Shown: in pieces, positions 52,106 to 64,000 of the stretch
Position numbering within the stretch: the stretch's first letter is position 1
Layout: each line of letters starts with the position of its first letter
Assembly: GCA_963753755.1 (NCBI GenBank)
Contig: CAVWDM010000019.1
Coordinates: forward strand, 210,282 to 274,281
DNA: 64,000 nucleotides
DNA from: an uncultured Gammaproteobacteria bacterium
GTDB taxonomy: Bacteria > Pseudomonadota > Gammaproteobacteria > UBA9214
Reading direction: 5' to 3'
Translations under genes and position numbers: made by a program
Notes under the pieces: model-generated
Database searches by the model: none
What the model was told of the DNA's origin: nothing
Seen by the model: the letters and a program-made list of their open reading frames with translations, nothing else

Positions 52106-52990
52106 ATGAACAACGACCAACCTTCCAAGGTGCCCATGAAACGCTCATGGGTGTCCAGGATAAAACAGGCGCTCATACAGGTGCCCTCCGACACCGAGCA
52201 GCTGCTGGGCATGCTGCGCGCAGCACAAAAAAACGGTCTGTTCGATACTGACGCGCTTGCCATGCTTGAAGGTGTGTTGCAGGTGGATGACATGCAGGTG
52301 CGCGACATCATGATCCCGCGTTCCCAGGTCGTCATGCTGGCACGTGATACCCGTCCCGATGTGCTGCTGCGCAATATCGTCGAATCCGGACACTCGCGTT
52401 TTCCGGTTATTGGCGAAAACCGTGACGAGGTCGTCGGTATCCTGCTGGCGAAGGACTTCCTGCTGTATGCCTTCGAACGCTCCGACAGCCTGTTGAACGT
52501 TCGCAATATTCTGCGTCCTGCGATCTTCGTCCCGGAAAGCAAACGGCTGAATGTGCTGTTAAAGGAATTTCGCGTCAATCGCAATCACATGGCCATTGTG
52601 GTTGATGAGTATGGCGGCGTCGCTGGAATGGTCACGATTGAGGATGTGCTGGAACAGATCGTCGGCGAAATTGAAGACGAGCATGATGTCGAGGAAGAAG
52701 ACACGATCCGCAAGCATAGCGAGCTGCATTACACCGTCAAGGCGCTGACACCCATTGAAGACTTCAACGAATATTTCAACCTGTCATTTTCAGATGAAGA
52801 ATTCGATACCATCGGTGGCCTGGTAGTACACCAGATCGGACACCTGCCAAAACGGGGGGAGCGGGTTGTCATCGGCAACCTGCTGTTCAAGATCCTGCGT
52901 GCCGACAGCCGTCGTGTCCACATGCTGCAACTCACAATGTTACCGGAATCTGTCGAGCACCCGGCTGATCAGGTAGAAAACGTCGTGTGA
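52106..52990 (+). CDS. corC: CorC/YbeX family protein (CBS pair + CorC_HlyC)
   Basis: DIMIPR..., [33 protein letters not shown]. Confidence 0.9.
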   Translation: MNNDQPSKVPMKRSWVSRIKQALIQVPSDTEQLLGMLRAAQKNGLFDTDALAMLEGVLQVDDMQVRDIMIPRSQVVMLARDTRPDVLLRNIVESGHSRFPVIGENRDEVVGILLAKDFLLYAFERSDSLLNVRNILRPAIFVPESKRLNVLLKEFRVNRNHMAIVVDEYGGVAGMVTIEDVLEQIVGEIEDEHDVEEEDTIRKHSELHYTVKALTPIEDFNEYFNLSFSDEEFDTIGGLVVHQIGHLPKRGERVVIGNLLFKILRADSRRVHMLQLTMLPESVEHPADQVENVV

Positions 52991-54501
52991 ACAGCCTGAT
53001 GGACCGTTTTGGCGGACTGTTGATGCTGTTTGCAGGCGCGCTGGCGGTCACGTCATTTGCACCGTTTGGTTACTATCCGGTGATCATCGGTTCACTGTTG
53101 TTGCTGTTTAACCAATGGTTGTGCGACACACCCCGCCAGTCGTTTCGACACGGATTTCTTTTCGGCCTGGGCTTTTTTGGCGTGGGTATCACGTGGGTGT
53201 TTAACAGTATCCATGTGTTTGGTCATGTGCCGGTCATCGGTGCACTCGGCGTAACGCTTGGACTGGTTATCACCCTTAGTCTCTATCCTGCGGTACTCGG
53301 ATACTGCCTCGGGCGTGCCTATCGCACACCGTCCTGGCCGGTACTGGTGTTTGCCTTTCCGGCTGGCTGGGTGTTGTCCGAGTGGCTGCGCAGCTGGCTG
53401 TTTACCGGCTTTCCGTGGCTGAATATTGCCAACAGCCAGATTGACAGCCCGTTGGCCGGATATATCCCCGTGCTCGGTGTCTATGGCACCGGCTGGTTGC
53501 TGGCGCTGCTGCCGGCGTTGTTGCTGGCATGGCTGAAGAACCAGCAGCGGCTGATCAGCGTGACGTTACTGCTCACGGTGCTGGTTGCGGGTGTGCTGCT
53601 GGATCGGGTGCAGTGGAGCACACCGCGGGGTGAGGCAATTCAGGTCAGCCTGGTGCAGGGCAATATCAGCCAGGAAGACAAGTGGGCACCGGAAAATCTG
53701 CTGAGTACCATCAGTCGCTATTCGGATCTAACCTTTGGCGAGCAGGTCAGTGACCTGACCATCTGGCCCGAGACCGCCATTCCTGCCTTCCATGACCAGG
53801 TGAACGACAGTTTTATTGCCTACCTGGAAACCGAGCTGCAGAAAAGCGGTGCCTCGCTGCTGACCGGTATCCCGGTACTGGACAGACAGCACTGGAACTA
53901 TTACAACGCAGTGATCACCCTGGGCGGGGAACAGGCCTTCTATTACAAGCAGCACCTGGTCCCCTATGGTGAATACCTGCCGCTGCGCGGATTGATTGGC
54001 AACGCGCTGAATGCGCTGGCAGTGCCGAATGCCGATTTTTCCAGTGGCACGGACTCGCAACCCCTGCTGCTGGCCGCGGGTTACCCGGTGGCAACGTCCA
54101 TCTGTTACGAGGTCGTGTTCGGTGAACAAATCATCAAGGCGCTGCCCGAGGCGGCCATGCTGGTCAACGTCAGTAACGATGCCTGGTTCGGCGATTCACT
54201 TGCGCCGCATCAGCACCTTGAAATGGCGCGCATGCGCGCAAAGGAAACCGCACGCCCGATGTTGCGGGCAACGAATACCGGTATCTCCGCGATCATCGAT
54301 GATCGCGGTCGCATCACGCAGCAAAGCCCGCAGTTTGAAATCGCAGTGGTGACCGGCCTCGTGACCCCCATGCAGGGCACCACGCCGTATGTACGCATGG
54401 GTAATGTGCCGATTGTGATATTGAGCGTGGCCTGTCTGTTGCTGTGCTGGCTCACCTGCCGACAGCGGGGTCGTTCCGCTGACCCCGGGGCGGGCGCCTG
54501 A
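52987..54501 (+). CDS. lnt: Apolipoprotein N-acyltransferase
   Basis: Multi-TM N-terminus plus a nitrilase-like domain with SICYEVVF and NDAWFG. Confidence 0.9.
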   Translation: MNSLMDRFGGLLMLFAGALAVTSFAPFGYYPVIIGSLLLLFNQWLCDTPRQSFRHGFLFGLGFFGVGITWVFNSIHVFGHVPVIGALGVTLGLVITLSLYPAVLGYCLGRAYRTPSWPVLVFAFPAGWVLSEWLRSWLFTGFPWLNIANSQIDSPLAGYIPVLGVYGTGWLLALLPALLLAWLKNQQRLISVTLLLTVLVAGVLLDRVQWSTPRGEAIQVSLVQGNISQEDKWAPENLLSTISRYSDLTFGEQVSDLTIWPETAIPAFHDQVNDSFIAYLETELQKSGASLLTGIPVLDRQHWNYYNAVITLGGEQAFYYKQHLVPYGEYLPLRGLIGNALNALAVPNADFSSGTDSQPLLLAAGYPVATSICYEVVFGEQIIKALPEAAMLVNVSNDAWFGDSLAPHQHLEMARMRAKETARPMLRATNTGISAIIDDRGRITQQSPQFEIAVVTGLVTPMQGTTPYVRMGNVPIVILSVACLLLCWLTCRQRGRSADPGAGA

Positions 54502-54545
54502 GCCCGTGTGGAAACAGGGTCCCGGGCTGAAAAGAAGCGTTTCTT

Positions 54546-54585
54546 CCCTACGGAACGCCTACCAGGATGCAGGCGTCCCGTAGGG
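54546..54585. terminator. Hairpin between convergent lnt and the first SYLF gene
   Basis: ccctacggaacgcct / aggcgtcccgtaggg (15-bp stem, one mismatch). Confidence 0.45.
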
Positions 54586-54617
54586 AAAGGGGCTGGTCGG
54601 TGTTGTTACCGACAGTA

Positions 54618-55202
54618 TTACCTGGGGGTGTAGGAGAACTTCTGCCCGGCAAGCGCGACCTCGTACATCAAGCCCCCCTTGGCGACGATAAACGTCGCCA
54701 TGCCCCTGTAGTAGCCACCCGCGGTGGTGGCATTATTCTGGCCGCCGCTGGCGCCGGCCGAGCTGCCGCTGGTACTTGCCGACGCAGAAGCACCGGCGGT
54801 AATCGCCACGGCCGAGGCATCGGCACTGAACTCGAAGTTGCCACCGGTAAACTCATCATAGGCACGTTTGTCCTCGAAGAAGATGATCTGGCTGTAGGCC
54901 TGGCCACCGAGCTGGAAACCGACGCTTAACTGGGTGATTGTCGTGTCGCCCGTGTAGTTACCCGCCTCGTAAACCCGACCCTTGCCGTAGGCACCACCGA
55001 CAACATAACCGGCCTTGCCAATGGTAGGAAACACCGCGTAGCCGTAGCTGTTGTCAACGAACCAGCTGCTTGCACCGGCTTGATGGAACACATTGATGGT
55101 CTTTGAATATTTGGCATCGTCCTCGTCCGCCATGACATTGCCAGACGGCAGGGCAAACAGCAGGCAGAGGATGAATGTGCCGAAAGGCATACACGCTCTC
55201 AT
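54618..55202 (-). CDS. Secreted SYLF (DUF500/Ysc84-like) domain protein, copy 1
   Basis: Signal peptide. NSYGYAVFPTIGKAG..GGAYGKGRVY...FFEDKRAYDEFT.GNFEFSADA...GMATF. Confidence 0.75.
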   Translation of the reverse strand: MRACMPFGTFILCLLFALPSGNVMADEDDAKYSKTINVFHQAGASSWFVDNSYGYAVFPTIGKAGYVVGGAYGKGRVYEAGNYTGDTTITQLSVGFQLGGQAYSQIIFFEDKRAYDEFTGGNFEFSADASAVAITAGASASASTSGSSAGASGGQNNATTAGGYYRGMATFIVAKGGLMYEVALAGQKFSYTPR

Positions 55203-55248
55203 GGGATAGTCTCCGTGGTTATTGACAGCCTGGTATCAGGATGCGGCT

Positions 55249-55276
55249 ATATTACACGCTTGCCTGATGATTGCAC
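55249..55276 (-). promoter_or_regulatory. Putative sigma-70 promoter of SYLF copy 1
   Basis: On the minus strand: GTGCAA-16 nt-TAATAT, about 40 nt upstream of the ATG. The same module recurs upstream of copy 3. Confidence 0.35.
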
Positions 55277-55386
55277 CTGCTAACCGGTTGCAGCATGACT
55301 GCCAGCTAAGCAGGGATTGAAGTGCGCAGGCAGAAGGCGAGGCAGGGTTCCGTGTCGGTCCTCTGCAGGTTCGGGGGAAAGGTGAT

Positions 55387-55417
55387 CCCGGCTGAATCAG
55401 GAATGGATTCAGCCGGG
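55387..55417 (-). repeat. Conserved hairpin 3' of SYLF copy 2
   Basis: cccggctgaatc / gattcagccggg (12-bp stem). There is no U-tract. It is homologous to 56116..56147. Confidence 0.5.
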
Positions 55418-55440
55418 AAAACCCGTTTGAGACTGTAGTA

Positions 55441-56031
55441 TTACATTACGGGTTCGAGTTTTTTGAACTTCTGTCCAGCGAGAACCGCTTCACCCATCAG
55501 GCCACCCTTAACCACGGTAAACGTCGCCATGCCCTTGCGGTAGGAGCCTTTGGTGGTGGCGTCTTTTTTGCCACCACTGGCGCCGGCCGAGCTGCCGGTA
55601 GTTTTTGCGGATGCGGAAGCACCGGCGGTGATTGCAGTCGCCGAGGCATCAGCACTGAACTCGAAGTTGCCGCTGGTGAACTCGTCATAGGCGCGCTGGT
55701 CCTCGAAGAAGATGATCTGACTAAAGGCCTCGGCGCCGAGCTGTAAACCGATGCTTAACTGGCTCATCGAGGTGTTGCCAACGTGCTTGCCACCGATATA
55801 GACGCGCCCCTTGCCGTAGGCGCCACCGACGCCAACGCCACCCTTGCCAATCGTCGGGAATACTGCGTAGCCGTAGCTGTTGTTGAAGAACGTGCCACTG
55901 GCGCCGGCATCCTGAAATATCTTGATGGTCTCTGCATATTTAGCGGCATCATCATCTGCCATGGCCGTGCCGAAGGGCAGAATTAGTAGCAAGCAAGTAA
56001 GGTAGCTGCGAAATTGCACAATTGCTTTCAT
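55441..56031 (-). CDS. Secreted SYLF domain protein, copy 2
   Basis: Full-length paralogue of copies 1 and 3. Confidence 0.75.
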   Translation of the reverse strand: MKAIVQFRSYLTCLLLILPFGTAMADDDAAKYAETIKIFQDAGASGTFFNNSYGYAVFPTIGKGGVGVGGAYGKGRVYIGGKHVGNTSMSQLSIGLQLGAEAFSQIIFFEDQRAYDEFTSGNFEFSADASATAITAGASASAKTTGSSAGASGGKKDATTKGSYRKGMATFTVVKGGLMGEAVLAGQKFKKLEPVM

Positions 56032-56115
56032 GGGTATATCTCCTTGGTTGTTGTTTCAAAGTGTATCAGTGTTTGACTTCTGGTGGGTTTGGATGAGAGC
56101 TCTCTGGTCACAGGG

Positions 56116-56147
56116 CCCCGGCTGAATCAGGGTTGATTCAGCCGGGG
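56116..56147 (-). repeat. Conserved hairpin 3' of SYLF copy 3
   Basis: ccccggctgaatca / tgattcagccgggg (14-bp stem, 4-nt loop). Confidence 0.5.
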
Positions 56148-56174
56148 GGAACGCGCTGTCATGTTAGTGCAATG

Positions 56175-56747
56175 TTACATGGGGGTGTAGGAGAACTTCT
56201 GACCGGCAACCACGGCCTCATACATCAGGCCACCCTTGGTTATTGTAAAGGTCGCCATACCCTTGTGGTAGGAGCCCTTGGTGGTGGCGTCTTTCTTGCC
56301 ACCACTGGCGCCGGCCGAGCTGCCAGTAGTGCCGGCTGAACCGCCAGCAGCGGCAGTGATCGCAACGGCCTTGGCATCGGCGCTGAACTCGAAGTTGCCA
56401 CTGGTGAATTCATCAAAGGCACGTTTGTCCTCGAAAAAGATGATCTCGCTAAAGCCTTCAGCGCCCATCTGGAAACCGACACTCAACTGGGTCATTGAGG
56501 TGTCGCCTGTGTATTTGCCACCGGTATAGACGCGACCCTTGCCGTGTGCGCCACCGACGACAAAACCAGCCTTGCCGATCGTCGGAAAGACGGCGTAGCC
56601 GTAGCTGTTGTCAACGAACCAGCCGCTTTCACCGGCATTCTTGAAAAGACTGACAGTATCTGAATATTCATCGGCCATGGCAGTGCCGAGTGGCAGGGCA
56701 AATAGCAGGCAGAAGATATAGGTGCGAAATTGCATAATCACTTTCAT
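56175..56747 (-). CDS. Secreted SYLF domain protein, copy 3
   Basis: Full-length paralogue of copies 1 and 2. Confidence 0.75.
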   Translation of the reverse strand: MKVIMQFRTYIFCLLFALPLGTAMADEYSDTVSLFKNAGESGWFVDNSYGYAVFPTIGKAGFVVGGAHGKGRVYTGGKYTGDTSMTQLSVGFQMGAEGFSEIIFFEDKRAFDEFTSGNFEFSADAKAVAITAAAGGSAGTTGSSAGASGGKKDATTKGSYHKGMATFTITKGGLMYEAVVAGQKFSYTPM

Positions 56748-56793
56748 TGAGTCTTACTCCTTGGTCATTATTTGGTGTGCTGTTACCGGGGCT

Positions 56794-56821
56794 ATATTAC
56801 ACCCGGTTCGCTTGATTGCAC
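56794..56821 (-). promoter_or_regulatory. Putative sigma-70 promoter of SYLF copy 3
   Basis: On the minus strand: GTGCAA-16 nt-TAATAT. The surrounding ggctatattacac block is shared with 55246-55258. Confidence 0.35.
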
Positions 56822-56895
56822 ATAGAATCCCGGTTGGTCGCAGGGTAATCACAGAGTGCACAACTAAAATCTCGGGTGGACTGCCTGCCGGGGTG

Positions 56896-60031
<3,136 letters not shown>

Positions 60032-60036
60032 TGCCC

Positions 60037-60567
60037 ATGTCCCTGTTGAAAAAACACTGTGCGATATCGACCCAATCCCTGCATGGTCTGCTGCTGAGCT
60101 GTTGCCTGGCCTTGTCATTGTCTGCCTGCGGTTTTCAGTTGCGTGGCAGTGCCGCCTTGCCGGACGAGATGGCGGTCACCTTTATAAAAAGCAACAGGCC
60201 CTGGGGTCCCCTGGTTGAAGATTTTGCCGAGGCCCTGAGGACGCATCATGTGAAGGTCACCGAGGACAGGAGCGAGTCCACTGCTGTGCTGGAGATTATC
60301 ACTGATGCGCAGGACAAGGATGTGCTGTCGGTGGACAGCGCCGGCAAGGTGCTGGAGTTCCAGTTGCGCCAGACAATCCAGTTCGCCGTGACCACGCGCG
60401 AAAAACTGCCACTGCTGGAGCCGCAGACGGTGACGATGACGCGTGATTACCTGTACAGCAACACCGATGTATTGAGTAAGGAGCGCGAGGAAGTGGTCGT
60501 GCGCCGTGCATTGCAACGGGAACTGGTGCACCTGGCGATGTTGAGAATAACGACGGCGGCACGCTAG
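60037..60567 (+). CDS. lptE: LPS-assembly lipoprotein LptE
   Basis: Lipobox LSLSACGFQLRG. The position after leuS is conserved. Confidence 0.85.
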   Translation: MSLLKKHCAISTQSLHGLLLSCCLALSLSACGFQLRGSAALPDEMAVTFIKSNRPWGPLVEDFAEALRTHHVKVTEDRSESTAVLEIITDAQDKDVLSVDSAGKVLEFQLRQTIQFAVTTREKLPLLEPQTVTMTRDYLYSNTDVLSKEREEVVVRRALQRELVHLAMLRITTAAR

Positions 60568-60683
60568 CCTGTCAAATGACTGCAAGTTGCAATACAGCTG
60601 TAGGAGCGCCGTCCCGGGTGCGACCAATCAAGGCAGGTGCATGATCGCGGTGAGCACGCCGCTCCTGCACGAAATAGATATAC

Positions 60684-61739
60684 TTGCAATTCATGCAAAT
60701 CAAACCCGAACAGGTCGATGCCCATCTGCGCAAGATGCTGGCACCCGTCTACTTTATCAGTGGCGATGAACCGCTGCGGGTAATGGAAGCGGCCGATGCC
60801 ATCCGCGCGACGGCGCGTGCGCAAGGCTATGACGAGCGCGAGGTCATGACGGTGCAGACGGGGTTTGACTGGGGCAGCCTGATGTCCGAGGCAGGCAACC
60901 TGTCACTGTTTTCGCAACGCCGTGTGATCGATGTGCGCATGCCCGGTGGCAAGCCGGGTGCTGATGGTTCAAAGGTATTGCGCCGCTACGCGGAACATCC
61001 GCCGGAAGATACCCTGTTACTGGTGACGGCCGGCAAGCTGGAAAAATCAGCGCGTGACAGCAAGTGGGTGCAGGCTCTCGACAGGGCCGGTGTTGTGGTG
61101 TTCGTCTGGCCGCTCACTGCACAGGAATTCAACGCCTGGATACAGCGGCGCATGCAACAGCGCGGTCTGCAACCCAGTCCGGATGCGGTTGCGCTGCTGG
61201 CGGATCGGGTAGAGGGTAACCTGCTGGCGTGTGTGCAGGAGATTGAAAAGCTGTATTTATTACAAGGTGAAGGTGCTGTCGATGCCGAGGCCATTCTTGC
61301 CTTGGTGGCCGACAATGCCCGCTACGATGTCTTCGGCCTGGTTGACAGCGCACTCTCGGGAGAGGCCGCCCGCAGTATCCGTATCCTCCAGGGATTGCTT
61401 GCGGAAGGTATTGTGCCGCAGATCGTCCTGTGGGCGCTGTCCCGCGAAATCCGTCAACTGGCTGCCATGGCGGCTGCGGTTGCCTCGGGGCAGCCAGTGC
61501 AGGCGGTCATGACCCGCTATCGCATCTGGCCGGCGACACGTAAAACCACGTTGGCTGCAGCCTTGCAGCGGCTGCCGGCGACGCGCTGCAATACCCTGTT
61601 ACAGCACTGTGCGCGCATCGACAGGGTCAGCAAGGGACAGGCTGCAGGCAACGCCTGGGATGAGCTGTTACAATTAACACTGACGCTGGCAGGCAATCAC
61701 GCCCTGCCGGACAGTGCCCGGATGGAGCAGATATCCTGA
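60684..61739 (+). CDS. holA: DNA polymerase III delta subunit
   Basis: PVYFISGDEPLRVMEA... pattern and conserved position. The start could be 60693. Confidence 0.88.
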   Translation: MQFMQIKPEQVDAHLRKMLAPVYFISGDEPLRVMEAADAIRATARAQGYDEREVMTVQTGFDWGSLMSEAGNLSLFSQRRVIDVRMPGGKPGADGSKVLRRYAEHPPEDTLLLVTAGKLEKSARDSKWVQALDRAGVVVFVWPLTAQEFNAWIQRRMQQRGLQPSPDAVALLADRVEGNLLACVQEIEKLYLLQGEGAVDAEAILALVADNARYDVFGLVDSALSGEAARSIRILQGLLAEGIVPQIVLWALSREIRQLAAMAAAVASGQPVQAVMTRYRIWPATRKTTLAAALQRLPATRCNTLLQHCARIDRVSKGQAAGNAWDELLQLTLTLAGNHALPDSARMEQIS

Positions 61740-61748
61740 TAGAGAACC

Positions 61749-63032
61749 ATGAGCGCGGAAGCTGAAACATTACCCATCGATATTCCCGAGTACATGCACA
61801 CGGTCGGCGTGCGTGCACGTGCCGCTGCCCGGGAGATCGCGCGTGCCGGCACCGGCAAGAAGGACGCGGCGCTGATTGCAATCGCGGCGGCTATCGAAGC
61901 CGGCGCTGACGAACTCAGGGCCGAGAACGACAAGGACCTTGCGGCAGGTAGACAACACGGTCTGGACGCGGCCTTACTGGACCGGCTGGAGCTCACCGAT
62001 ACCCGCATTTCCGCTATGGCCGAGGGCCTGCGCGAGATCGCGCTGTTGCCGGATCCGGTCGGCAGTATTTCGAATATGAATCACCGGCCTTCCGGTATCC
62101 AGGTGGGGCGCATGCGTGTACCGCTGGGCGTGATCGGCATCATCTACGAGTCGCGGCCGAATGTGACCGCGGATGCTGCAGGCCTTTGTCTCAAGTCCGG
62201 CAATGCAGCCATTCTGCGCGGTGGCTCTGAAGCCATGCACTCCAATCAGGCGATTGCGCGTTACATCCATCAGGGGCTTGTCGAGGCGGGACTGCCGGCT
62301 GCCGTGGTGCAGGTGATCGAAACCACTGACCGTGCCGCGGTCGGCGAGTTGATTCGCATGCAGGCGTATGTCGATGTCATCGTGCCGCGTGGTGGCAAGG
62401 GGTTGATCGAACGTATCAGCGCAGAGGCACGGGTGCCGGTCATCAAGCATCTGCACGGCGTATGCCATACCTACATCGATGATATGGCGGATGTTGACAA
62501 GGCCATCAGGGTGGCGGTCAATGCAAAGACACAGCGTTACGGTACCTGCAATACCATGGAAACCCTGCTGGTCAACAGGGACATTGCTGCGCGTGTATTG
62601 CCGCAACTGGTCGCGGACTACCTGGCAGCGGGAGTTGAATTGCGCGGCTGCGAGGCGACACGAAAAATAGTCGCCGGCATCACGGCGGCCACGGAAGCCG
62701 ACTGGGAAGAAGAATACCTGGCGCCGATACTCGCTATTCGCATTGTCGATGACATGGATGCCGCCATGGACCATATTGCCCGCTATGGCTCCGATCACAC
62801 GGATGTCATCGTCACCGAATCGCTGACACGTGCCAATCGTTTTCTGCATGAGGTGGATTCCAGTTCCGTGATGGTGAACGCCTCGAGTCGCTTTGCGGAC
62901 GGTTTTGAATACGGTCTCGGTGCCGAAATCGGCATCAGTACCGACAAGTTGCATGCGCGAGGACCGGTTGGCCTGGAAGGCCTGACAACGCTTAAATATA
63001 TCGTCATCGGTGATGGCCATATCAGGACATGA
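61749..63032 (+). CDS. proA: Glutamate-5-semialdehyde dehydrogenase
   Basis: [19 protein letters not shown], and [22 protein letters not shown]. Confidence 0.93.
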   Translation: MSAEAETLPIDIPEYMHTVGVRARAAAREIARAGTGKKDAALIAIAAAIEAGADELRAENDKDLAAGRQHGLDAALLDRLELTDTRISAMAEGLREIALLPDPVGSISNMNHRPSGIQVGRMRVPLGVIGIIYESRPNVTADAAGLCLKSGNAAILRGGSEAMHSNQAIARYIHQGLVEAGLPAAVVQVIETTDRAAVGELIRMQAYVDVIVPRGGKGLIERISAEARVPVIKHLHGVCHTYIDDMADVDKAIRVAVNAKTQRYGTCNTMETLLVNRDIAARVLPQLVADYLAAGVELRGCEATRKIVAGITAATEADWEEEYLAPILAIRIVDDMDAAMDHIARYGSDHTDVIVTESLTRANRFLHEVDSSSVMVNASSRFADGFEYGLGAEIGISTDKLHARGPVGLEGLTTLKYIVIGDGHIRT

Positions 63033-63075
63033 TGGTCAGTCAGATACAGTCAGTCCCCAGCGGTTCGCCTCTTTC

Positions 63076-63723
63076 ATGATTGGCATTTTCGGTGGTACCT
63101 TTGACCCGGTGCATTTTGGACACCTGCGTCCGGCACTGGAATTACAGCAGTCTATCGGTTTTGATGAGATCCGTCTGCTGCCCAGTCATGTGCCACCACA
63201 TCGCTCGCAACCGCATGCAACGCCGCAACAGCGGCTGGCGATGCTGCATGCTGCGGTTGCCGACGATCCTGCCTTTACTGTGGATGCGCGGGAATTCGAG
63301 CGTGAAGGGCCTTCTTATACACTCGATACGCTGAAATTATTACGCACAGAAATGGCGGCTACCAGCCTGTCCCTGTTGATCGGTATGGATGCCTTCCGTG
63401 AGTTTTCCAGCTGGCATCGCTGGCGTGAAATCCTGGATTACTCGCACCTCGTTGTCATGACCCGGCCGGGAAAGTCACCACCGGAGCAGGGCAAACTGGC
63501 GGATTTTATTTCCCTGCACCGGGTGGCGGATGCAGCGACGCTGAAGTCACGTGCCTCGGGCCTGCTGCTGTTCCACCCGGTCACGCAACTGGAAATATCC
63601 GGTACCCAGATACGTAAGCTTCTGGCAAGCGGAAAACGTGCAGACTTCCTGCTCCCCGGCAGTGTGCTGGAGGTGATATACAGTGAGGGATTATATGGCA
63701 CAGGAAAACAGCATGACGGATAG
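63076..63723 (+). CDS. nadD: Nicotinate-nucleotide adenylyltransferase
   Basis: IGIFGGTFDPVHFGHL. The internal ATG at 63076 is preferred over the ORF-track start 63010, which overlaps proA. Confidence 0.9.
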   Translation: MIGIFGGTFDPVHFGHLRPALELQQSIGFDEIRLLPSHVPPHRSQPHATPQQRLAMLHAAVADDPAFTVDAREFEREGPSYTLDTLKLLRTEMAATSLSLLIGMDAFREFSSWHRWREILDYSHLVVMTRPGKSPPEQGKLADFISLHRVADAATLKSRASGLLLFHPVTQLEISGTQIRKLLASGKRADFLLPGSVLEVIYSEGLYGTGKQHDG

Positions 63724-64000
63724 ACAGGGCCCGAAGAGTTCCACAGAGGAACAGGGCGAGCGCTTGCTGGAAATCGTCATCGCGGCGCTCGAGGACATCA
63801 AGGGCGTGGACATCAGGGTGATCGATGTACGCGGGCTGACGTCGATTACCGATCGCATGGTCATTGCCAGCGGTACCTCGACACGGCACATCAAGGCACT
63901 GGCGGAAAACGTTATCCTGGAGGCAAAGCGAAACGGCTTTGCTGCACTGGGTGTTGAAGGCGAGGACACGACCGGCTGGATCCTGGTCGATCTTTCTGAT
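63695..64000 (+). CDS. rsfS: Ribosomal silencing factor RsfS (3' end beyond the window)
   Basis: Hand-translated from ATG 63695 (GAGGGA RBS): ...ALEDIKGVDIRVIDVRGLTSITDRMVIASGTSTRHIKALAENV... It is open to base 64000. Confidence 0.85.
   Translation, partial: MAQENSMTDRQGPKSSTEEQGERLLEIVIAALEDIKGVDIRVIDVRGLTSITDRMVIASGTSTRHIKALAENVILEAKRNGFAALGVEGEDTTGWILVDLSD

Overview
GC-rich chromosomal segment (by eye high-50s % GC, not computed) with gammaproteobacterial gene content and synteny: miaB-phoH/ybeZ-ybeY-corC-lnt, then ybeL/leuS-lptE-holA-proA-nadD-rsfS. I recognised no rRNA, tRNA, CRISPR array, transposase, integrase or classical defence gene. Layout, left to right: (1) 1-4215, a minus-strand operon of a membrane-anchored Sel1/TPR protein, a secreted SH3b-vWA protein and a MacB-type ABC ATPase plus permease. 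(2) 4.7-6.8 kb, an AT-richer islet of small genes arranged as two convergent paralogous modules. (3) 7-14.7 kb, a decaying accessory stretch: one intact Cys-type arylsulfatase, a heavily frameshifted paralogue, an interrupted AraC regulator, a DUF900 lipoprotein with an in-frame TGA, and a PLD-family remnant. (4) A hybrid sensor kinase, a CBS protein, korA/korB (2-oxoacid:ferredoxin oxidoreductase, korA frame-disrupted), a Zn-ribbon-CBS protein, a CPA2 antiporter and a DUF218 protein. (5) 24.9-37.7 kb, a complete-looking xanthomonadin/aryl-polyene-type type II PKS cluster with a divergent flavin-halogenase + chorismatase (XanB2/FkbO-like) pair. (6) mscS, a DUF3300-DUF2950-porin triad (disrupted), a signal-peptide glutaminase + hdeD, and a 1485-aa AsmA-like protein. 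(7) The housekeeping block, interrupted by three tandem SYLF-domain paralogues. The best candidates for something undescribed are the vWA/Sel1/MacB-type ABC operon and the mirrored small-gene islet. Both are function-unknown by my reading and neither can be confirmed without database searches. A striking window-wide feature is about ten frame- or stop-disrupted genes, including essential leuS. That points to real pseudogenisation, indel-type sequence errors, or both.
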